DNA of 64,000 nucleotides from a virus. The DNA is taken from positions 1 through 64,000 of IMG/VR virus record IMGVR_UViG_3300025133_000052, one strand, 5' to 3'. The notes under the pieces were generated by a model. The model made no database searches. It had not been told where the DNA came from and saw only the letters and a list, made by a program, of their open reading frames with translations. A program made the translations under genes and the position numbers. Shown piece by piece: positions 29,479-37,413 of the stretch (position 1 is its first letter; each line of letters begins with the position of its first letter).

Positions 29479-29540
29479 TTTTAATAGTTTTATTATATAT
29501 AAATATTAAATTTTTTTTGTAAAAACTACTGTATAAATAA

Positions 29541-32318
29541 CTACCAAAGGGCATTAATTATTTGATTGACTGGTCCGAATATACCTGTTATCTTATATGT
29601 TTTACCGTTATATATTATAACAATACCCTCAGTTGGTACTATATTTTTGAATCCTCCGGCCTGTTGAACCTTTTGTAAGTTATCTTTAACTTTCTTTAAT
29701 TTACTTAAATCCCCACCTTTTCTGACAGCTGATATTGATGACGCTATTTTTTTTCTAATGTTTTGTACAGACTTTGCTGGATTGGCTGCTAGTAGGTTTT
29801 CTGCATTTTTTAAAATATCTGCTCCTAATTCAAACATAAGTGTTTCGAATGGTAACATATTCTTTTTAACTTGAGCGGTTACTTTTATTTTATCTTCTTT
29901 TTTGATCTTATCTAACAGGTCTTTGTCTGAAATATTTGTACCATTTAATCTAAAAGATTTATCCCCAAAAGCCCATCGCTTAACCAATCCCATTTTGATT
30001 GTGTTATCGATACCTTTAAATTTATTATCAATATAGTTTTCCCACCACGCTTGATGATATTCGGCTAATGTTGATGTATCTTTTAGATTAAATTGTTTTT
30101 GTAATTTGTTTAGTTTTGATAGATATATCGATTTCCTCGCTGCAAAATCAAGATGTGGTTTCATCTTTATAATTTGTGGTGGAATTATTTTGAATGTTTT
30201 TTGTATGTTTTGATTTACTTGAGTTATCATACCAGTCAACATTCTCCCACTATCAGGAACTGCCCCGATTGGAGTAGCCGTCTTTAAATCATATTCTATA
30301 GCTCCATGAAATTGTAATCGGGCTACATCATAACTAATTATATTTTCTGATGCTGGGTAGATTATTTCTAAATTCATAAATGCACTACCTCCTTTAAAGA
30401 TCTTTTCTTTTTGAGCATCTGATAATGATGATACTGCTTTTTCGAGATCTTGCATAGAATACACGAAGGCTTTTTCGATATCACCTCTACCAGCAAATTT
30501 AGATTTCATTTGTTTGATATCCATGGGCTTCTTAATGGTGGATTTATTACGTGCTGCTTTTAACTTACCATCCTTCCACGTAACCATTAAATTTTGACCA
30601 TCCGTTTTTTCGCTTGCAGCTTCATCTACATCCAATCTTCCCTGTAATCCTAAATCAATTAGATTTTTAAAATCTCCGAAAGTCATGCCCTTATCATCAA
30701 ATGGATGGCTCATATGCCCGTATGCTCCTCCCTCAGTAATTAATCCTTCCTTAATACCTTCTTGTTTTGCAAAAGGGTTATTACCTTGACCGTAAGAAAC
30801 AAAAAATAATCTTTGCTTGCCTACTTTTTTAGAAACAACCTTCCCCTCTCTTCCCGATTTCTCAAGTTCTTTAGTTGCATTATCATGTTTTAAATAAAAA
30901 TTTCTTTTTTGCTTCATAAGTGAAGCTTTTTTACTTTTCTTAGGTTTTTTCTTTTTTTTAGCTTCGTCGAATATATTTGATTTAGGTAGTACTCTCATTC
31001 TCATAGCAGATTTGCCATTGATTAATAGATCTCCTTTTTCATTCCAACCTATTGTCTTTACAACCACTTTTTTATTTTTAAACTTTCCCATTAAAACAGT
31101 GTCACCAATATTAACTGGGATTGTTATATCTTCCATTATTCCAGACCACCATTCTTTAGTTAAGACCTGTTCGTTTACTTTTGTGTCTGGTAGTTCAACT
31201 TCAGTATCTTTTTTACGTTGCTTATCAACAAGTTTCGTAACTTTTTTTAATTCTCTATCTAGCTTATTAGGTTCTTTTTTACTTGTTACGGCAGATGATT
31301 CTGCTCCCATGAAACTAACAAATTCGTATCCTAACCTTAGAGCTACTTGAGATATACGCTTAACATATTTTTTCCAGGCTCGAGTACCTTTAATATCGTC
31401 ACGATTGATCGGGGTAGTAACTCCTGCTTGACCTGCAGGAAAATATGTTACTGAGTGTACTTCTCTATCTGATATAGAGTCGAATTCGACAGCACCATCT
31501 AGTATATAGTCAACAACATCCCATCCCATTTGTTTTGCGTAAAAATCACCAGTTTTCGAGTACCCCTTGAATGTAGTAAATTGCAGGGCGGGCCCGTCAT
31601 CAACTAATTGTTTTGCTGGGGATCCAGTGTTACTACTTTCATTTAAAATATTAGGTATGTCTATGGTAGATATAAAGGATTGCATTATCTCATTGATAGC
31701 TAATAACTTATCAGTTATCAACTTATAATTCTTAGTGTGACCGAATATACCACTAAAGAGCTTCTTTCGTGTCTTATCGTCAATCCCTTGATCTCCTAGT
31801 GCCTTCCTGATTTTAGTACCACTCATTTCACCGTAACCTGGTACTTTGAGAGACTTGTGCTTTGCAGTATATACGTACGCTCCTTCCCTGTACCCAACTT
31901 CTACTGGATCTCCTTTCTTCCATTTTTTAAAATGCTTACCACCTGATAATCTATCTGCGTCTTTTTTACCTAACATAAATACAGCTGCAGTTGTTTCAGG
32001 ATCAAATTTAGAGAGTAACTCCTGTGCCTTGTAAGGACTGTTTACTTTAATAACATTTTTAATCCCGTGAGATTTAATTATTTTTGCTTTTTCTTGATAT
32101 GAAAACGGAGATTTAGGCATTTCAACTTTATCTGATGTTGCTACCCATACTTCATCAAATCCTAATTTTTTTAATTCATCGTAAGTTTGTGCGTGGTGCT
32201 TACCCATAGGTTGGAACCTACCCGGGTAAATACCAATTACCTTTTTGATACCGTTTTCTTTCTTAACAGTACCTTCTGTAACTATTTGCTTTACTATCCA
32301 ATCTCCTATAGTGTTCAT
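29541..32318 (-). CDS. Multidomain protein: HIGH-class (cytidylyltransferase/NMNAT-like) domain plus a C-terminal ATP-dependent ligase-like nucleotidyltransferase domain
   Basis: N-terminal IYPGRFQPMGKHH...MSGTKIRKAL; C-terminal EKTDGQN (KxDG), MNLEII, TEGIVI, YKITG. Confidence 0.7.
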   Translation of the reverse strand: MNTIGDWIVKQIVTEGTVKKENGIKKVIGIYPGRFQPMGKHHAQTYDELKKLGFDEVWVATSDKVEMPKSPFSYQEKAKIIKSHGIKNVIKVNSPYKAQELLSKFDPETTAAVFMLGKKDADRLSGGKHFKKWKKGDPVEVGYREGAYVYTAKHKSLKVPGYGEMSGTKIRKALGDQGIDDKTRKKLFSGIFGHTKNYKLITDKLLAINEIMQSFISTIDIPNILNESSNTGSPAKQLVDDGPALQFTTFKGYSKTGDFYAKQMGWDVVDYILDGAVEFDSISDREVHSVTYFPAGQAGVTTPINRDDIKGTRAWKKYVKRISQVALRLGYEFVSFMGAESSAVTSKKEPNKLDRELKKVTKLVDKQRKKDTEVELPDTKVNEQVLTKEWWSGIMEDITIPVNIGDTVLMGKFKNKKVVVKTIGWNEKGDLLINGKSAMRMRVLPKSNIFDEAKKKKKPKKSKKASLMKQKRNFYLKHDNATKELEKSGREGKVVSKKVGKQRLFFVSYGQGNNPFAKQEGIKEGLITEGGAYGHMSHPFDDKGMTFGDFKNLIDLGLQGRLDVDEAASEKTDGQNLMVTWKDGKLKAARNKSTIKKPMDIKQMKSKFAGRGDIEKAFVYSMQDLEKAVSSLSDAQKEKIFKGGSAFMNLEIIYPASENIISYDVARLQFHGAIEYDLKTATPIGAVPDSGRMLTGMITQVNQNIQKTFKIIPPQIIKMKPHLDFAARKSIYLSKLNKLQKQFNLKDTSTLAEYHQAWWENYIDNKFKGIDNTIKMGLVKRWAFGDKSFRLNGTNISDKDLLDKIKKEDKIKVTAQVKKNMLPFETLMFELGADILKNAENLLAANPAKSVQNIRKKIASSISAVRKGGDLSKLKKVKDNLQKVQQAGGFKNIVPTEGIVIIYNGKTYKITGIFGPVNQIINALW

Positions 32319-32412
32319 ATTATATATAAATATTTATATTAATAAGATGACCCCGGAAAAAGTTGAGTATATTATCGTTTTAAAAGGATAAAAATTTCCC
32401 AGGGCCATCTGA

Positions 32413-32787
32413 TTATGTTATTTCAAAATCCTCTCCTATTGTCATCTCTCCGATTTCATCAATTGGATTGGATGTAGTTAGCTGTATCTCTGCTATGTTA
32501 GCTGTGTTATTTGTTACATCATCAATTATAAGTTTTTTGTCATTTGTAATTCTTAATCTATATTTAGTGTAATCTTCTGATTGTAACACAACACCTTTTT
32601 GAGAATTTAATATAGATATATCGTTATTATGCACAGAACCGGTGATCTGCATTAAATTAGTTTGTAATTGAAGATCTATTATTTGTTGTTGGAGAGTAGT
32701 TATTTTATCTTCATTTCCCTTTATTTGGTTAAAGAGACTAAGATGTTTTTGACCTATAAATTTACCTAATTCCGATAATATACTCAT
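32413..32787 (-). CDS. Small fibre-like protein (N-terminal helix, coiled coil, beta motif)
   Basis: MSILSELGKFIG, a coiled coil, VLQSEDYTKYRLRITND and a terminal IGEMTIGEDFEIT. Confidence 0.65.
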   Translation of the reverse strand: MSILSELGKFIGQKHLSLFNQIKGNEDKITTLQQQIIDLQLQTNLMQITGSVHNNDISILNSQKGVVLQSEDYTKYRLRITNDKKLIIDDVTNNTANIAEIQLTTSNPIDEIGEMTIGEDFEIT

Positions 32788-32868
32788 TGACGTAACGCCC
32801 GGTTTGGGTTATTTTTTCTTTTAGATATACATAACCGTTATAATTGTATATAAATATTTAGAATTAAT

Positions 32869-32899
32869 AAAAAAAGGGGGAAATTGCTTTCCCCCTTTT
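32869..32899 (-). terminator. Strong intrinsic terminator after the Ala-rich gene trio
   Basis: Minus strand AAAAGGGGGAAA-GCAA-TTTCCCCCTTTT followed by further Ts. Confidence 0.9.
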
Positions 32900-33002
32900 A
32901 ATTTGAATGGTTGTTAGAATTAAACCACTACCCGATTACAATATTATATATTGTTAAATCTTAGTCGTCATTTGCTTCTTCATCCCCATCATCACTTGCT
33001 AT

Positions 33003-33464
33003 TTATGCAGCTCCGCCTGAAAAAACAAGATCAAATGCAACTTGCATTTCAGTTTCTGAACCTTGATCAGCAATAATGTCATTAGCCATGGTTTCAATGT
33101 TTGCTACTTCTGTAGAAATAACCCCGTTATATTCACTAGCTTCTTGACCTATAGTAATCGCGGCTTTTGCAAGGTTTGACTGGATTACCATACCAGTCTG
33201 AAGAGCAGATCCTTCCCTTATACCTGCTGCGAGATTCGCGAATTCATCCTCTCTGGCTGCTTGTTCAACGCGCCACACGCCACTATGCTTGGCTTTCATA
33301 GCTTCTGTTTGGCCAGTAACTGAGTCATCCATCTCCTGTTTTTTAGTATTTCTGAAGGTGCCTGCAACATCAGTGATACTTGTAATTGCATCATTGTTAG
33401 CTGTTACTTGCTCTCTTAGTTTTACAACCAGATTACCCGCGATTGCACTCATATTTGTCATCAT
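33003..33464 (-). CDS. Ala-rich coiled-coil protein, paralog 3 (153 aa)
   Basis: MMTN start; shares its leader sequence with the two upstream genes. Confidence 0.8.
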   Translation of the reverse strand: MMTNMSAIAGNLVVKLREQVTANNDAITSITDVAGTFRNTKKQEMDDSVTGQTEAMKAKHSGVWRVEQAAREDEFANLAAGIREGSALQTGMVIQSNLAKAAITIGQEASEYNGVISTEVANIETMANDIIADQGSETEMQVAFDLVFSGGAA

Positions 33465-33527
33465 AATTATTTTCTCTATTTATGTTTTGTTAAAATATTA
33501 TTTTTAAGTTATATATACTATTTTTAG

Positions 33528-34307
33528 CTAGCTAGCTGCATAAGCTTCTAACTCGGACTTAGCTATAGCTAAGCTATCCTGTGCATATGTCTTAGCAGCT
33601 AATGCTTTAGCTAAATCAGCTGATGCATCAGCTTTGTTCGTCGCTGATTTCGTGAGTTGTGCTTGAGCGGCTTCAATAGCAGCTGTATCTTCACTTGCTG
33701 TAGCTACGGCAAGAGCTTTTGTTGATTCTTTTAATTCAGCTTCAGCAGCTACAAGGTTTGCTTCTGCATCAGCAAACTCGGTCAATGACTTATCAGCTTC
33801 AGCTTGTGCTGACATTACTGCGGCTTCAAGTTCTGCAAAAGATGCTGCTGCAGGTGGTGATCCGAAAGCTGCTGTAAATCCCATAACGATAGAATCGATA
33901 CCATCAACAGATCCTGTGTGATCACTTACACGGCCTACGTCGATTATTCCATCACTGAAAAAAGAACTGTATCTTGTTATGGCTGCACCGTTGGAAGCGT
34001 CTATTGCAGATTTACAGTCTTCAAGTGACTCGAAGGTTGCTTCTGCAACTTCATCATCGACTCTAATACTATCGCTTGTAGCAGCTGCTATAGCGTTATA
34101 CCTCTCTATAGCTGTTAGTCTTTCCGCTCTATAAGCTGTTATTTTTCTTTGCAAAGGGAACATTGCGTTTTCAAGCTCCAGCGCGAACACTTCCGCGTTC
34201 TGTACTTCTATTTCACCTTGTGCAGATAATGCAGCATAGCAATTTTCTTTAGAAGCTAAAAGGGCCTTAGCGGCACTTTCCCCTAATTTTTTTGAGTTTG
34301 ACATCAT
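33528..34307 (-). CDS. Ala-rich coiled-coil protein, paralog 2 (259 aa)
   Basis: MMSN start; Ala/Glu-rich helical C-terminal extension. Confidence 0.8.
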   Translation of the reverse strand: MMSNSKKLGESAAKALLASKENCYAALSAQGEIEVQNAEVFALELENAMFPLQRKITAYRAERLTAIERYNAIAAATSDSIRVDDEVAEATFESLEDCKSAIDASNGAAITRYSSFFSDGIIDVGRVSDHTGSVDGIDSIVMGFTAAFGSPPAAASFAELEAAVMSAQAEADKSLTEFADAEANLVAAEAELKESTKALAVATASEDTAAIEAAQAQLTKSATNKADASADLAKALAAKTYAQDSLAIAKSELEAYAAS

Positions 34308-34360
34308 AATTATTTTCTCTATTTTTTATTTTTATGTTAATTTTAAACTATAAGTTATTT

Positions 34361-35641
34361 TTAAGCTTCATTACCACCGAAGTTAGCATCTTTCCACGCC
34401 AATACAGTAGATAGAGCTGCGTTAACAAGCGCTAGTTCTACCTCAGCACGCTCTTTTATACCAATATATCTGTATTTGTCCAACATAAGTGGAAAATTAG
34501 CATCGCTAGCGTCGTTCACCTCTTGTTGTTTTGCAGTCACTGCGTCTACAAGTGCTAGGTGAGCTGCATCTGTTTCATCTGAATTTGGATCAGCTGCGAA
34601 CTTTTCATCATAGCTTGTTTGTGCTGCAGAAACGACAGCTGCCAGTTTTTCTAATGAGGATGCTGCAGAAGCTTCATTGGCTGCAATGTCGTTTGTCCTT
34701 TCATTGATTAAATCATCATAGCTAGCTATAACAGATTTTAGCGAAGACTTTTTCTCATTAGTTGTATCAATTGCAGAGTCAACAGGACCTAATTCTGTAG
34801 CCATTACTTTTTGCTCTGATGATTTTACCCCTTCATACATATTGATCCTTGCATCGGCCAGGTTTTGCTGTGCGGTATAGTGAGATACATCCTCAGCTCT
34901 ATTGCTTATTAAAGCTGCCTTGTCAGCTGTCAATTCAGACACTTTTTCTATCGAATCTGGACCAACTGCTAACCATTCTTGATTAGTCATTGTACCTGCA
35001 GCGTGAGATGCTTTGTGCCCATTTAACTGCGCAGTACTCTCTGCTAGTTGTTTTTCTTTTTCAGCTAAATCGCTTGCATAAAGGGCAGCAGCTGAAACGT
35101 CTTCACTTGCTCGTTTTGCTTTTTCAGAATTCTCTTGAGCGATCATTGCCTCTGCATTTGTAATGTTGGCTGTATGCCTTTCCATTCTTTGGTTTGCAGA
35201 CCCATTCTCACCGTAGGCCGCAGTATAAAGTTCAGTAAATGACCCTAAATCAACCCTTACTTGAGTGAATTCAGATGCTATTTTCTCAGCCTTTGCAGCT
35301 GCAGCTGCATTTGCATCGCCTTCATTTTTAGTCAATAATGACATAAGACCGGTAAATTCACTACTTTCTACCAGCTGGCTTGCACCTTGACCGAAAAATG
35401 CTTGCTGTAGTGCTGTCGTTGCAGCTTTATGGGCTTCAACTGCTGCTGTTTCATCAGCTGAATATTCTGCGGCATCATTCGCTACTGCACTATTGTAGTT
35501 TGCTACTGATGTATTATTCTTTGCTGTATGGTTAGCTGAAATTTCGGCCCATTTGGCCTCTAAGTCAGCTATTCTACCTGTTTCGATCTCTGCTAGTTTG
35601 TTTGTTACTAGGTTCACGAAGAGTTTATTGTTACTCATCAT
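34361..35641 (-). CDS. Ala-rich coiled-coil protein, paralog 1 (426 aa)
   Basis: MMSN start; long helical extension. Confidence 0.8.
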   Translation of the reverse strand: MMSNNKLFVNLVTNKLAEIETGRIADLEAKWAEISANHTAKNNTSVANYNSAVANDAAEYSADETAAVEAHKAATTALQQAFFGQGASQLVESSEFTGLMSLLTKNEGDANAAAAAKAEKIASEFTQVRVDLGSFTELYTAAYGENGSANQRMERHTANITNAEAMIAQENSEKAKRASEDVSAAALYASDLAEKEKQLAESTAQLNGHKASHAAGTMTNQEWLAVGPDSIEKVSELTADKAALISNRAEDVSHYTAQQNLADARINMYEGVKSSEQKVMATELGPVDSAIDTTNEKKSSLKSVIASYDDLINERTNDIAANEASAASSLEKLAAVVSAAQTSYDEKFAADPNSDETDAAHLALVDAVTAKQQEVNDASDANFPLMLDKYRYIGIKERAEVELALVNAALSTVLAWKDANFGGNEA

Positions 35642-35920
35642 AATTTGTTCTCTTGTTTATGATTGTTAAAAAAAATAAAAATACTACCTGTGCGCAATCA
35701 GTAGTAATGTCGTATGTATTGTGTATTATGTGTTTCCTCTGTATGGTGTTATATACTTGATATTATTATTATATTAAGATATTATTTTTAAAAATAATTA
35801 ACCTCTATTTGTAATAACCCTTAAATTTATTTGGAAACTTTATTAGGAAAGTTTATGTGTGTCATTTTCAAATATAAATATCATTTTACATTGAAAACAA
35901 CTGCTGTATAAAAAAATAAT

Positions 35921-36751
35921 TTACAGAGATATACCGGGATTTGTGAAATCTAGAGAGTCAAGACCTTCTTCAAATGACGTAACATCTTCTGCACTGATGC
36001 CGCCCTCTTGTTCCCATTTTTCACGCTCAAATTCAGTAGTGGATGTATGAGCTTCAATACAGTTGTAAAGCACTAAATTGTATATGATATCATCTCCTAT
36101 ATTGTAATATGTGCTAGAACTCCAGTCTGTGACTCCTGTGGAAGATCCTAGGGCTACTTCTCGGATAGCTTGTATAGATACTCTGATTTCATCAGTGCTA
36201 TCTACTTTTGTGTACTTAAAGGTAAGGAAGTTTATAAATCCGACTTGAAATACACCGTCATTTTGTAGTACGACGAATTTTGATTTACCCGTCTTGTACT
36301 GGGAATTTATTTCTTCAATACCGTATCCGTTGATCTTAACAGGGGCCCCGTTACAGTACAATCTAATAGTAATTGTTACTCCGGATTCACCAAAGTCAGA
36401 TGAATCAAAGTCAAAGTCTAAAGCTCCTTCCTGGTATATTATATACTCTTTATCTTTATTAAAGAGAATCTTATTTGTACCTGTATTACTTGTTACTTCA
36501 ATGTCACGGTCTACGACAATCTTCTTTTCAGTTTCTTGTAAATTGTCATATCCACCTCTATCGGTCATTAATGACTGCATAGCTGCTTCAACAACTTGTT
36601 TACTTAACCCGACTTTACGTGCCATTCGATTTAAATTAGCTATAGATGTTATATCGTAGTAATCACCATCACTTAGATTAGAAACGTACGTAAATTTAGA
36701 TTTACCTTCACGCTTCCACTTTGTTCTATCTTTTATTATACCGAATTTCAT
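35921..36751 (-). CDS. Protein with a C-terminal CBM5/12-like carbohydrate-binding module
   Basis: W.SST.Y..GD.I.YN..LY.C..AHTS......KW matches the chitin-binding type 3 (CBM5/12) pattern. Confidence 0.65.
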   Translation of the reverse strand: MKFGIIKDRTKWKREGKSKFTYVSNLSDGDYYDITSIANLNRMARKVGLSKQVVEAAMQSLMTDRGGYDNLQETEKKIVVDRDIEVTSNTGTNKILFNKDKEYIIYQEGALDFDFDSSDFGESGVTITIRLYCNGAPVKINGYGIEEINSQYKTGKSKFVVLQNDGVFQVGFINFLTFKYTKVDSTDEIRVSIQAIREVALGSSTGVTDWSSSTYYNIGDDIIYNLVLYNCIEAHTSTTEFEREKWEQEGGISAEDVTSFEEGLDSLDFTNPGISL

Positions 36752-36763
36752 AATATATACATT

Positions 36764-37381
36764 CTACAGACCTAATGCTTCGTTTTGAAACATTGTTGAA
36801 AATATTCTAATGTTATCAATAGCTATTGGAGGATTATTAGCAGCTAATTCGCTTCCGGTGTTTACCCATGTAAACAATATACGTTTAGAGTCACCTCTGT
36901 AATCAGATATATCAAGTTCGATAAACTCTCTCATCCAAACACTTTGCAGTGCGTACGCTTTACCAGTTGTTGTAGTATATCCTAAATTTGGATCCCAACC
37001 AAGGGGCTCTCCGTCATATGGGTCGTATTGAGTACCTGCTGAAACACCAGCTATAGTCTCTATTTGAAATACATTTAAGTATGATGAGTCTGCAGATCCT
37101 ATACCTTTATAGTAAAATTCAAGATATGATTTTGCTGATACTTCAGGAATATCTACATCTATGTAAAAATGACTAACTTGTAGTGATGTGTGATCGTAGG
37201 TATTAGTGGTACCGGTATCAGAGCTAATGTAAAGAGCAGTGTCTCCGGTATGTGTCTCAGCTGATCCAAGTGTCCATGTATTAGTAGTGTCATTGACTAG
37301 TGTAATGTCACTTGGTAACCCAGATTCAAAATCAGTTTTAAATAAATCTACTCTAACAGTTTGTAATGGATTGTAAGTCAT
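36764..37381 (-). CDS. Jelly-roll (MAM/lectin-like) domain protein
   Basis: DFESG.P, W..G......G..ALYIS.D.G, RILFTW.N...NPPIAIDNIRI. Confidence 0.55.
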   Translation of the reverse strand: MTYNPLQTVRVDLFKTDFESGLPSDITLVNDTTNTWTLGSAETHTGDTALYISSDTGTTNTYDHTSLQVSHFYIDVDIPEVSAKSYLEFYYKGIGSADSSYLNVFQIETIAGVSAGTQYDPYDGEPLGWDPNLGYTTTTGKAYALQSVWMREFIELDISDYRGDSKRILFTWVNTGSELAANNPPIAIDNIRIFSTMFQNEALGL

Positions 37382-37413
37382 TTTTTATTTCACCTTTTTT
37401 TCTTGTACATCGT

